Part shown: piece by piece, positions 38,801 through 51,014 of the stretch
Position numbering within the stretch: position 1 is the first letter of the stretch
Layout of the letters: each line of letters begins with the position of its first letter
DNA from: Marsupella aquatica
Taxonomy: Eukaryota > Plantae > Marchantiophyta
Direction of reading: 5' to 3'
Assembly: GCA_973895155.1 (NCBI GenBank)
Contig: OZ316896.1
Coordinates: 1,736,001-1,800,000 of the forward strand
DNA: 64,000 nt
Made by a program: the position numbers and the translations under genes
The notes under the pieces: model-generated
Database searches by the model: none
What the model was told of the DNA's origin: nothing
The model's input: the letters and a program-made list of their open reading frames with translations, nothing else

Positions 38801-41780
38801 CTTAAAGCAAGCCAAAGTATCATTCGACATTCTCCATTTTTTTTGTGTCGCCTTTATTTAAGTCGTCATAGGCTTAAAGTTTTCCATGTTATGATTTGTA
38901 TTCAGGGTAAGTTGACTGAGGCATATGAGCTTTTTTCAGAAGCCTTCACAATCCTCCAGCAGGTAACTCATTCTGTCACCTTTTCATCTATCCTACACTT
39001 CTAACCCCAGATGGTGCGACTTTCGCTTTGCTCACGGTTTACTGTTTCACCTCGAAACGAGTCAATATCTAGTGTACGTATTTAGTTTAGGATAATAGGA
39101 TCGTAATTACCATCCGAGAGGTCTGAATGTTGACATTGTCTCGTCTTTTTCTGCAGGTCTGTGGGCCAATGCACCGCGAAGTGGCAAATTGCTGCCGGTA
39201 ATCTTCAAATATATATTTTTGCCTTTGAGTATTATCTAGTGTGATAAGTGGAAAGGTCACCCTGAGAGAGTCAATATCCTACGCCCATTCTGAAGTTGAT
39301 TTCTTCCAGGAAATGGTCAGATCTAATGATGTGTACATGGGCGGAGTTAGAATTTATCTCCAGGTAAAATTATGAATGTGACGGTTTTAACACGTCAAGT
39401 TTTCTATGACAGGTACTTGGCCATGGTTCTATATCATGCTGGAGATATGGCAGGCGCCATTATGCAACAGCATAAAGAACTGATCATCAATGAGCGCTGT
39501 CTTGGTCCCGATCATCCTGATACAGCTCACAGGCAAGATTTACTCCGTCAGATAACGTAAATTAACTGTGAACATAATGAAGACATTGGTAATTGCACTT
39601 CGGCAGCTTTAATGTGGATCTGACTTGGACGGAAACGGTTATAATAATACCCAGAAATTGGTGTGTTCTTTTTGTAGCAGCTGGCTTAGTGACATGTGAT
39701 TGATATGGCTGGTTTTGTGTGATTGCTGCAGCTACGGGAATATGGCCCTGTTCTATCATGGTTTGAACCAAACAGAGCTAGCTTTGCGTCACATGGCACG
39801 TACCCTTTCGCTGTTGAACGTCTCATGTGGGTCGGACCATCCAGATGTTGCGGCCACTTTTATCAACATTGCCATGATGTACCAGGATATTGGGCGTATG
39901 CATGTGGCTCTGCGCTATTTGCAAGAAGCTCTGAAGCGCAATGAGAGGCTGTTGGGTCCGGACCACATTCAGACTGCTGTCTGCTACCATGCTCTTGCAA
40001 TTGCTTTCAATTGCATGGGTGCCTATAAGTTATCTCTACAAGTGAGTTCTCGTTTTCGTCAGCATTAAGATCCGAGTCTGTGTGTAAATATGTCCGTCCA
40101 CGTTGGTACTATATTCATAGGTCTTTACCCCTGGATGGGTGAGCTCATTCGGGAGCAGGCTTAAGGAGTTTAGGAGTCTAGAAGGGAGGATCACTCAATG
40201 ATTATTATGGGGAACCAGGTCGGTGGAGTTTCTTCAAAGCTGTTGGTGGGTAGCCAGAAACATTTAGCAATCCATCCTAGAGATCTCTCGCGTGTCTTCC
40301 AAACACATTATTGGCCAATTGAACAAATCAGCTTCTATGTACTGGGTAGAACTAATCCTGGGCTTTGTGAGGGGAGTTCTCTCAAGCTATGGGTGCCTAG
40401 ACTGACTTCAAGGTATGAAGTACGAGGGTGTTAGGACGAAGGTGATTGCATTCGGTGTTCGTGGGAATATCTGTGTAATTTTGTCTGAATGCCGGGTTCC
40501 AATTTTTTTTGTCATGTGGACTGCAGCATGAGCGAAGTACTTACAATATACTCCTCAAACAACTTGGTGAAGAAGACTCGAGAACTAGGGATTCTGCTAA
40601 CTGGATCAAGACGTTTCAAATACGTGACCTTCAGGTGTGGACCGTGAACCTACTGAAATTCAGGTTTAGGAAGAGTCCACGTGAAAGTTGAGTCTGTTCA
40701 AACCTTACAAACATCGTACATGTTTTGCTTCTTCAAGGTTGAGGAAGTCGGTGGAGGGAAATTTGAGTGCGTGGATTTTGGAAGTTTACAGTTTGAGGTT
40801 CTTGAAGCTCCATTTTAAATTTTTTTCGACTCTATCTTTCTTGATTGCTTCAACAGGCACATGCCCAGAAGCAGAGGGGGCAGCAGTCAGCTAATGTTTT
40901 GGCAGCCGCAAAAGCCGCAGAGGCTCTAAAGGTATGAAATCCGTGCGTCTTTTCTGAACCAGATTTTTTACGACCGATTGTCCTCTCTAGGTCATGAGAG
41001 TAGTATGGATGCCCCACGAAACCTTTTGGAAAATTGGGCATAGTGGTTGATTGTCTAAGAGCTGGTGTTTTGCTCAAAGACTGACTACTGTTGCATCACG
41101 TAGATGTCTTTTTCTTGACTCTTGGCCGTTTAAGGTGTGAAGAATTATTAACAAAGCAAAAATGCTTGCGTAGCGGAATCCACTGACATGACGGTCCTTG
41201 CCATACAGAAAACTGATTTTGTAATGGACTAAACTTGCAGGCTCGCTCGGATCTGGTGCAAGCTTTTCAAGCAGCAGCCGGCAGTGGTCCTGGAGGTAGA
41301 AATGCTATCAGCAAAGCGGCAGCTGCTGCCGCGCTGATTGGTGATACTGTCCCAAGACCTCGAGGGCAAGATGAAAGGGCAGCACGAGCCACAGCAGAGG
41401 TGCGAAAGAAAGCTGCTGCAAGAGGGTTGAATGTCCGACCTCCAGCTACCGTAGGTCCTGGTCAGGGCCTACCTCCTCTTGGAGACCTGCTAAGTTTAAT
41501 CAATAGTGGTAAAGCACCTTTGGCTAGAAATGCCTCAGGGTCCACTTCTAACAAGAAGACCACTACGTCGAAGGCTACGGGAAATATTACTGAAGGGAAG
41601 AAGACAGAATCTACAGATTCTATTTCAGATACGGTGATTAAGACGAGCTCAGCAGCTGCTGTTGTAGGCAATGGTTCAGCCGAAGTTATGACAGAGAAGA
41701 CGCCTCCCCTTGGGTTGGGAGGGGGTTTGGGGGGTCTTGACTCGAAGAAGCGGAAACCAAGATCAAAAAACCCAGCTTAG
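29867..41780 (+). CDS. CLU: Clustered mitochondria protein (CLU/FRIENDLY, TPR-containing), ~1517 aa
   Basis: 28 exons join in frame (4554 nt): 29867-30143, 30472-30533, 30790-30979, 31524-31652, 31999-32073, 32264-32420, 32631-32824, 33018-33119, 33541-33676, 33912-34040, 34259-34754, 34852-34956, 35197-35315, 35616-35724, 35893-36033, 36149-36319, 36525-36611, 37033-37281, 37622-37768, 37997-38065, 38193-38351, 38906-38962, 39157-39197, 39413-39532, 39732-40041, 40527-40634, 40857-40931, 41241-41780. Motifs: [62 protein letters not shown] and TPR repeats. Confidence 0.96.
33378..33538. repeat. Perfect 80-bp tandem duplication in CLU intron 8
   Basis: CTACTGTTTGGAACATG...CAAATTGGATT x2, ending 2 nt before exon 9. 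Confidence 0.95.
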
Positions 41781-42400
41781 GAAACAAGAGTGCAGAACGT
41801 ATTGGAGAGAGTGGGTAGTTTTCTCTTTCCAACTCCTGCCTCAGAAGGAGATTATATGGCTGACAGAAATTAACACGAGGATCAATTGGGCCAGTATCAA
41901 AAGCAAGATCTGGTTGGTGTAGAGATGGGTGAAAAGGGGGGTGTGGTTCAAGGCCAATTCTGTGCCACTATGCCGTCCCTCAATTTTGCAGATGGTGTAG
42001 AAGAAGAGCAGCCCCATTGGATGCCTTTGCATTAAATCTTATATAGGGTGATTTTCAAAGTTAATAAATCTCTTTCGTTGGATCTCTCACTCTCGGTGAG
42101 GCCTGTAATGGCTGAGGAAGTATATCTATTTTCATCTCCTGTAAGATGCTACTTTTGGTCTCTGAATCTGAAACACGAATTTGGTTAAGCGTACTACAGT
42201 TGTTTGGGAACTTGGGATGAGTTTAGTACATTCACCTGTGCGCAAGGAGGAGCATCTCTGAGAGATCTCTGTAGTTAGATCTCTTCTAATCGTACAATTG
42301 AATGGGACCCAGATGTGGACACATGTCAGATCTGGGATCGAGTGTACATGCCATAATTTTCCCATTTTCAATCTTATACATTACTCCGTGAATGCCCTAG

Positions 42401-42502
42401 CAATGAGGAGAGGGCAAGTTCATAGATCCCTCTTCTGTCCTATCATTCTGCATGTGCTATGCGACATTCCTGTAAAGAGAAGAACTTGCCCTCTCCTCAT
42501 TG
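42401..42502. ncRNA. Candidate miRNA-like hairpin
   Basis: CAATGAGGAGAGGGCAAGTTC (42401-42421) is the exact reverse complement of 42482-42502; the 60-nt loop can pair further on the minus strand. Confidence 0.4.
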
Positions 42503-42549
42503 TCGCCGCCACGAACTTTGTCATGCTCTCAGAAGAAAGCTTGTAGACG

Positions 42550-45500
42550 AGCATTCGATTTACCACAGCCATGGTATTCAGTGTCGAATGAAGTACATAG
42601 GGTTCGAGCTGATCGTGTTGGCATCTGGACGGCACAAACCTCAGCTGAGCATGGTCCTTAGTTCAACCTACACACTCCTCCAAGTACCGAGCAGGGCCAG
42701 TACAAACTTCAGGGATAGGCACCAAAGGACACTTCATTCACCGCCGAAGTCTAGTCGGGTGTGTGCGGAGCCGCGTGAGGATGCACTTCGAGTTGAAGCA
42801 CGAACAGATAGTGTAGAGAAGGATAGGCACCAGCCATTTGTGTACAGACGTTTTGGGCGACACAGTCAAGAGCATTGTGACAATTTTGCTTTGAATACTT
42901 TCTGAATTGAGCAATGGCACATTTTGATGAAGAGAAGATGTGTACCGAAAGCTGTCGTGCACTGGCAGACGACCACCTCTTGCTTAGGGAAGGACGGACA
43001 TGGTTAAGTTCCCGCCTGGAATCGGGGACTGATTACTTCAGCATTGATAGTCAATCTTCGGGTGAGCAGAAGGTGAAGAAGGTGATTGTCTGCCGCAGGT
43101 ACTTACTAAGTTTGAAGCTAAAGTGAAAAGGTTCAGGCAATGGAAGATAGTACGTTCAACGCGATTAAATTCATTTTACCAAAGTTGGTTTTCATGTGTG
43201 AAATATCCATGGAGCGTTTGCTGCTGCAATTTAGCTCGGACGTATCGAACGGGACAGGTTTCCGCCTTGGCATGCCTACAGTAGAATGTTGAGAGGTAAT
43301 ATTGATCAGTGAAGTTTTGGAGTCTCAACTATATGAGATCCCAGAATGCGGAGTGGAGGGAAATTGCGACAAGGTGACACTGTTTTGGAGGCACAGCCTC
43401 ACGCATAGTAAATGGATTTGTGAGCGAGCGATGACGAAGAACGAAACGAAGATAATGGCTTAACCTCTCATCCTGGCGGAACTGCGAAGAGTAGGAGTAT
43501 GATCCCATGATCCATAACAAAGAGAAGCTATATTATTAGGACAGAATGATGGGAATTTGTTCGCAATCATCCGTAGGACAAGCATCTGGCCATGAGCAAC
43601 TGACAGGAAAAGAAGTCATAGGGCGAGTAAATTGGTAAGACCAAACTACTTTGAGCACCAACGTAGAATTATCTATCTGGGCATGAATAGTAACTTGATC
43701 GGCATCTCTGTCTCTGGATAGGATGTGTGCTTGTCAACGAAAATCCCATCGAAACCGTTCCTGCAAATGCGTTCGTCAATATGTGGGACTGACCGGTTTC
43801 ATTGGGGTTCTTGTGTACATACTCAACTGCTCGTGGCGTGATGTAGACCAACTCCGGCACCTCCTGAGACTGTCTCCCACTCGCCCCCGACTGTCTTCGT
43901 ACAACTCATTTGACAGCCGTGCACTCGAATCCCACCATCTTGTCAACCAAACCAAAATTGCGCGCCAAATTAGTTCGTGCTCCACCAGCCTACTGATCCG
44001 TGACGACTGGCCGAACAGGTCTACTCGTTTGCAGGCATTTTCTGAATCCAGATTTGGTTTGCAGGCATTTTCTGTATTCCACATTTGGTTTGCACTCATT
44101 TTGGTGGGCTAGGCTGTACCTACTGTAGGTTCATGTCATCACACGGCAACCTTCCGTGATGCATGGATAAATAACTTCTTATTCGTTCCGAAAAGCTCTA
44201 ATTTCTCCCCCTCGTGAATAACGTCCCAAGATCCATCTCGTCTGCAGAGCAGGGTAGCTACTGGGGACGAAGGGACTTAGTGCAGGTTGTTCTCTATTTT
44301 TGCATCGATGCGATTTTGAGGTACAACCTCCCTGCTGGCAGGATCACAGCCACTCTTGACCTGGCTCTCATTCTTACGACTGTAGTTACGGAAGCGAGAC
44401 GATAAGACTGATCACAGGGTCGGGTTCTAATGGTATTTTGTATTGCTCCCGTTCTTCTTTGCGCGCGCCCAGATTTGGAAAATTTCCATCAGCTGTGAAG
44501 CCTGCCATGGCAAACAATCATCTTCTGCTCAGGCCAAGATTGCTTTCATTCTGTCAATGCAAAGTCCGGGCGTCATGTAGTTTGTCATGTCGCCCGATCA
44601 CGACTTGTGTTCAGTCCAATCCATCTTTGGGTGAGCAGAAGATGATTATCTGCCTCAGACAGCGACTAAATCTCGAGCTACATTCTAGAATCTCAACTTA
44701 ATAAGTCAGTTCATGGCGAAACATGATCAGCCTGGATGACAACTGGGCAATTTAGCAGGGCAGTTCTTGGTGAAACATGATTAGCCTGGATGACAACCGA
44801 GGTACTGCATCTCGATTTACAATGCACTTGTATGCTTGGAGTGTCCGGATTTAATTTAATTTCCATTCATTTCCTTGACTTTTCGGAGAACGTTTTCGTT
44901 CCCATTGTTGGCATGTGAATCACTCCGACTTCCGGACGTAAACAAGCGAAGAGACAGATTGATGATAGGCTTAGGGAAAGACGGCATATCGCCACTCGTA
45001 CAGCTCTCAACCTGGACCAAACCGAAGGTAAAGTACTGGAATGTCTTCGGGGCCTAGTCTGAGTGAGACATCTAGATACAAGACCATCTGGAGGACGGAC
45101 AGATTGGAGCTAGCCTACTGACAGTGTGGAATCCTGTCCCAGGTACGATGCATAGCGATGTATCATGCAGCGCAAGATTGAGCTACTTTTGTAGCAGTTC
45201 ACTCAATAATTTTCTGTGTCCTTCGAATCAGTTACTCCCGAAACGGTTTTGGCATTTTTGACGAGGTTCCATGCTTCGCTTTTAGTTGACGTCGAAGGTG
45301 GTCACTGAAGACGTCCGGTACTCCCTAGCGAGAACCGCTCTGATTATTGGATATGGCCCCTCGACATCAACCGAATCTTCTACAACACTCGCTTCTGAAC
45401 TGGCAGTCGACACCTTATCGTCGACTCCCGTAAAGGACATGCAGCAGTTCGTGCTACATTCTCTGCAGGTGGAACGTGTATATAGTGGTCAAACTACGGC

Positions 45501-45590
45501 TGATTTGGATCACATCCCCACTCAACATTGCTTCAATTTCTTCTTAGAAGCTAAAGCTCAAGTGCCATCGTTCGGAGTCGCGGTCCTCTA
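42550..45590 (+). pseudogene. Possible heavily decayed TORNADO1-like LRR-ROC-COR gene
   Basis: Ordered fragments LSMVLSSTYTLL (LRR-like), LAELRRVGV*SHDP*QREAILLGQ (ROC entry-like), YWGRR (COR-like), then RTALIIGYG, KDMQQFVLHSL and FGVAVL (C-terminus-like); recalled similarity only. Confidence 0.3.
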
Positions 45591-46989
45591 GGATTTAAGC
45601 GATTTAGGATGAATCTCGAACCAAAGTTACCCAGAAATAAAACCTCGAAGAAGAGAAGTTTTGATTGTCAGGTGAGGGGTTTGAAATTCTGCTCTAAATC
45701 GACTGCAGGGTGATGGGTTCTCTTCGAAGATTGGAGATTCAAAAACTACTTTCGTCCTCCAATGGTCAACGGATCGCATTCAGGAGTCTACAAGAGCATT
45801 GGCTGGTTGATGCATTGCTCTCTCGAGACATTTCGCTCGTTGGGTTGTGACTCCAAACTTCTACCTTGATGGGATTGGGGGAGCTAAAGTTTCATGTTAT
45901 TTGATGCTCTGTTGTTCCTACTGGCCCTGCGACTTGCAAACAAAGATTCCTTACTGTTCCTATTCATCCTTGTCCTCATCCTAATTTGTTCATCCTTGTC
46001 CTCATCCCTATTCTCTGCCTTCATCCTCACTTTCACTTATGCCCCAGGTGTCACTCTATCTAGAGGCTTCACACAAGGCAGTAGGAATAGGGATTAGCTT
46101 TTGATTGTCCGAATACCCATTCTATAATGTTTGGACGTGAGTACAAAAAAGTGCAATCTCCCATGCATTCCCCACGTCGCCAGCTTCATCACATAGCTCC
46201 ATGGCACCAGATACTCTTCAATCTCCTGCTTTGAATGTCAATATCGACCGGTTGCCTTTTCAGCTATGCATTCCCTGGGTTCCTGCTCCATCACGCAGCT
46301 CCATAGCACCAGCTACTCCTCAATGTCCTGGTTGGAATGCCAATACCGCCCACTTGCCTGTTCAGCTACTTGCATTCAATCTTCAGTCACTCTGCATACT
46401 TATTTTAATATTTTTTCAAAAAATAGTGACAGTGTGTCCAATAATGTATTCCTGAGACCCTAGGGGAAAAACCAGCTGGAAAACAAAGAACACAAACCAG
46501 GGGCTCATAGGCACGACCACCAAATGCTGCAGCGAAGGAGGCCACGCGAGCAAACCCCAAGGTCACTAATTAAAATCCTTGGGCCAGGAGTGAACCAGAG
46601 TCAGCCACCTACAAACACACATGGTGTGGATCTAGTAACTATCCTAAACATGGAGCCTTCATCGCCCTTACCCAGCATCAGAGGGGCACAATAGCACTCA
46701 GGAGACCCATGATGGCCCTGGTAGGGCTGATCACTATCACTATAAGTGGCATTGGTGGTGCAACAGCTTTGGGTCTTATAATTATGGCGCCCATAGTGAG
46801 AAATACAGCCACTACATTCATACAGCCTATTCAGATCCCTAATGTCACAAAAATGCCTACACAATCTAGAGCTAGAATCAATCATCACTAATACTTACTA
46901 CCATTGTCATTGTGATTACTACTAGTTGCACTTTCAGCAATCTTAGTGATTTCAATAAATGGTCAAACTAAGGCATCTGGCCTCTCTAA

Positions 46990-47256
46990 CCAGGTTTTCA
47001 CTGTCGGACATGGTGTCTACTTGTCGGACACGACAAATGACAACTTGTCAGCTCAAAAATGGGTCATTTGTTGGATATTCCTCTATATTCCCCAGCCAGG
47101 ACCGACCCCCCGACCCTACCCCCGACCCAACTGAGCCCCCCCGACTCTACCCCCCGGGCCGACCCGACCCCCAGTACCCGGCCAGGATCGATCGGGGCGA
47201 CATCTGTTGGATGCCGGACCCCAATGCCCCAATTTATCGGACAAGTTCAAACCGGG
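46990..47256. mobile_element. 267-bp hAT-like MITE
   Basis: TIR CCAGGTTT.../...AAACCGGG; TSD CTCTCTAA / CTCTTTAA (7/8); internal TGTCGGACA and CCGACCC subterminal repeats. Confidence 0.75.
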
Positions 47257-48658
47257 CTCTTTAATGCTCCTAGTTTGCTGAAGAGTTGCATGTGTGGTCA
47301 TAGTAGCACCCTTTAGAGTAAACCTGGTAGCGTCTGCTGGGAACATGCGTTGCCATCTCTCTTATCATTTCATGAATAATCAGGAGGAAGCCTGGGGTAC
47401 ACTTATGAGACCAGATGACTATCAATCTTCCCAAAAAAGAACAGCCAATAGCCTTGTTGAGACTTGCGCCAGCATCAATCTGTTCAAGATAGTTCTAGCG
47501 TTGTTGAAGCCTCAGACAGTCATAGAATAGGTGTTCAATTGTTTTCATGCTCCCTTGGTAGGCAGTGCACAATCCATCATTCACATCCCACTTCAGAGCT
47601 GGTGAGTTGGAGAAGAACCTTGTTTGGATAACCTTCCAAAAAATCAGTTTGACACTAGGAGAGGCCAACCTTTCTATAAAAATCCTCTGGCTCTTCCAAA
47701 TCTCTTGAGAATCAAGAGAAAACTACTGTCTGTTTCTTAGTGGGTGTAGGATGTTGCTGCAACATTGTGTCCATATTTTGATCGAAAAGTTCCACCCCCG
47801 CTCCTCACCCTTGGGCACTCTGCATACTCATCGCACTGCCCCCTTATGATCTTCCACCCCCACCCCAATATTTGGTTACGCTCCCGGTTACGCTGTGAGA
47901 GTCATGGTCTAGAGGCTTCACTCTAGACCGTAGCCCTAATGAGTAGATTTCAATCACATTTTACTAGTAAGGTATATTACTAATATGACTGCCCAGATCT
48001 AGAGGCTTTAGCTAGGTGGGAGGCCTAGGGAGTCTCTGACTTTATTTATTGCCATTGCATAATTTACTAGGGTGACTACACATTCTTTGAACCTAACTAA
48101 AGGCGAGGACATAAAAAAAACTTGCATATCGTGCCCTCAATCCTACCTGAATAGTGTAAAATCTTTACATATCTTTGCTTGTAGGTTGGTTTTCACTAAT
48201 GGTTTTTGTACATGTCATTTGCTAACAGCTTTACCTGATTTTGATATACTATGACTACAATATTGTATATCATGACAGCGGAAATTAAGAAGTGTGGTGG
48301 ATGGGTTCCCCACCCATACCTACACACTTTGGATCCACTGAGTCCTTTTGGCAGCAGAAGACCACAGAAAATTTAATATCATGGACGACCAACCTCATCC
48401 CACTGCAGGCCCCAACCATTGGAAACATTCTCAGGATGACAAACATTTGCTTGCCACTTGCTCCAGCCCATTCTGTAGCTCATGACTACCTGCCAGGAGA
48501 GAAACTGGGAGGCACCCACACTTCACTTTGGTGACAGCCAGGCAATGCAGGCTTAATGTTTTTGAATGGCTGTAGTGGACCCCCTTATTTCCCGGATGAG
48601 TGGAATGCCATAAACAACCCCCACACTTTGATGGATTACAGAGAATTGGGGAGGGAGC

Positions 48659-49250
48659 GGCTTGTTGCAGCCTGTGGACATGGCAGGGTGCAGGCAAACC
48701 GGGGTCCAGTATGACAGCCTAGTTACCCCCCGAGTTAGCCTATCAACAAACCAGAAGCGGCTGGGGTTAGAGATCATGAGTTAGGGAAATCCATCCAACA
48801 GTAGCTTGTTGTATTTGCTAGATCTAGTAGGGGGAAGCCAGACCATGGTCCACTATAACAACCTAGTTAGCCCTTGACCAATCAGGAGCGGCTGGATCTA
48901 GGAATTGTGAGTTAAGGGAACCCATACCCGACCGGCTTGTTGAACCCATTAGACATGGTAGGTGGCAGGCAGACCATGGTTCAGTCTACATTGACAGCCT
49001 ATTGTAGTTAGCCTTTTGAACAATCAGAAGCAGCTAGGTTAGGAATCAAGAGTTAAGTAAACCCATCCATGACCGGCTTGTTCATGGCAGGCCGACCGTG
49101 GTCCAGTATGACAGCCTACTGTAGTTAGCCTCTTGACCAACCAGAAATGGCTGGGGTTACAGGAACCCAAAGCTTCGACCCATTTGTTAGGGGATAGGCA
49201 GACTGTGGTCCAGTACGGCCGGCTACTTACAGTAGTTTAGGGAACTCCAA
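48659..49250. repeat. Degenerate tandem array, ~130-145-bp unit, 4-5 copies
   Basis: Units start GGCTTGTT at about 48659, 48803, 48934 and 49075 and share GGCAGACC.TGGTCCAGTA and AGTTAGCC..ACCAA.CAGAA; detached copy at about 49543-49650. Confidence 0.85.
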
Positions 49251-50063
49251 CCCTAAATAGTCTTAAAGCACCATTGTCCATGACAAAACCTGGTTTCACC
49301 ATTTTTAGTATACTTTTCTTGAAACTGTGGAGCAAAGTCTCATGCTAGAGGAAAGAAATCTGAAAAAGTGAGAAGTCTTGGACACTTCTCCTTTATATGG
49401 ACAGTGGTGGTTTAAGCTAAAACCCACCACATTTAGTGTTATTTTCTATTCAAACTTGCTCCACCCTTAAAACGAGGATTACCAATATTTAGTAGTAGGG
49501 ACAAACACTAATTCCAAAATAAGGCCAGTAAGGGTGAACAGTGTAGTTAGACTCTCGATCAACCAGAAACGACTAGGGTTAGGAATTGAGTTAAGGGAAC
49601 CCATTCCCTTGTAAGGGGGCAGGGGCAGACGTCGGGCAGGCAGACATCGGGCTAACAGTTCGTTGAGAACCTCGAAGAGTACTGAAGACCACGCTCGAGC
49701 TTTGGCGCGCTAGTGAAAAGCTCGGGAATGTGGACGGGAAGGAGCTGCATTGCCTGGTTCTGTCGATTCCAGCTTCGATGAGACTCGTCACACCAGCAAG
49801 TTGGGAATGTAGGTTGTGAGGTCCTCTCAGTTTGTGTTTTGGTCATTTCAAAGTTTAGAGAGGTCAGCGCATTGTCGTCCTCTGGGTTTCGGGATTCAAC
49901 GTGCAGTTTCGGATTTATGGCAGAGACGGGTTATAAGTGCAGCTTCAGATTCATGGCAGAGACGTTAAGGGAAGGGGAGGGATTTTGATTCAGATGGTGT
50001 GACAATAGAGTACACCGAGTGTCTAGAGGCATTGATATTGCAAAAGGAGTGAGTGACACAGCG

Positions 50064-51014
50064 ATGGCAATGGTCGTGAACGAATATGAGGAAGCTCGGA
50101 AGCGGATGTTGGAGGAGAACAAGAAGAGGATGGAGGAGCTCGGTCTCTTCGACTTGATAGAGAGTTTCAACCCGCCGGTGAGTAAGACTCCCACGAGCAG
50201 ACCGGTGAAGCAGAAGACGTCGTCCACTGAGGCTCGTCTTGCGTCGCGCCGCTCAGCTCGGGCTGCTGCAAAGCCTGCTGTGGATTACAATTACAACACC
50301 CCAATAGACAGGTATATTGGAGCGTCTGCAGAAGACATTGTGGTCATGGAAGCTGTGGAGAAGGCGTTGTCAGAACTCACAAATCCCGCATTTGTCAGGC
50401 CCGCCCTGTACACCTACACGGCCGGATCCTATAATGGATACATCCCTTGGGAATTCCGTAAAAATCACATGCCAGAGAGTGACGAGTGGTTTACTTTGGA
50501 AGATGAGGACCAGCTAGAGTGGAGCATTCTGTTTTATGCAGAAGCTGGGGACTTAAGGAAGGGATGGCGCGACTTTTCTCTCCATCATGCCCTGACTCCC
50601 GGTGATGTATGCATATTTGAGCTGGTGAGCCCCTTACGATTCAGAGTTCAGATTTTTCGGTTTGACCGAGGTCCTCATGGTCGCTCGCAAAAAAACTTGG
50701 GGTCAAACTGTAAGAAAGTAGCAGGCAAGATGGGCCCGCAGAAGGAGAAGATGTCTAGCAAGAGGAAGTGTACAGTGCCTGAAGATGACCATGTACAGAC
50801 AGAACGGAAGCCAAACATAGGAGCAACAACATTTGAGGAGTATCACATTGCAAGTCGTCCGGAAGCACGACTCTCGATGCCCGTAGACAGGAAGCCAAAA
50901 CTAGAAGCAGACCTTCCTGAGAAAAATTGCAGTGAGGCTTGTCGGAAAGAACGACTACCGATCCTGGTAGACATGAAGCCAAAACTAGAACCTAATCTTC
51001 TTGAAGACCTTTAA
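50064..51014 (+). CDS. B3 domain-containing protein (REM-type, At5g42700/At3g19184-like), ~316 aa, intronless
   Basis: N-terminal YEEARKRMLEENKKRMEELGL and RRSAR; B3 core PAFVRP..IPWEF..HMP..FTLEDE..GWRDFSLHHALTPGDVCIFEL..FRVQIFR; first ATG at 50064. Confidence 0.88.
   Translation: MAMVVNEYEEARKRMLEENKKRMEELGLFDLIESFNPPVSKTPTSRPVKQKTSSTEARLASRRSARAAAKPAVDYNYNTPIDRYIGASAEDIVVMEAVEKALSELTNPAFVRPALYTYTAGSYNGYIPWEFRKNHMPESDEWFTLEDEDQLEWSILFYAEAGDLRKGWRDFSLHHALTPGDVCIFELVSPLRFRVQIFRFDRGPHGRSQKNLGSNCKKVAGKMGPQKEKMSSKRKCTVPEDDHVQTERKPNIGATTFEEYHIASRPEARLSMPVDRKPKLEADLPEKNCSEACRKERLPILVDMKPKLEPNLLEDL

Noticed and set aside
46510-46535. TGGTGGTCGTGCC (minus) after CA as a retroelement primer-binding site
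   Set aside because: Could not match it convincingly to a tRNA 3' end or delimit an LTR.
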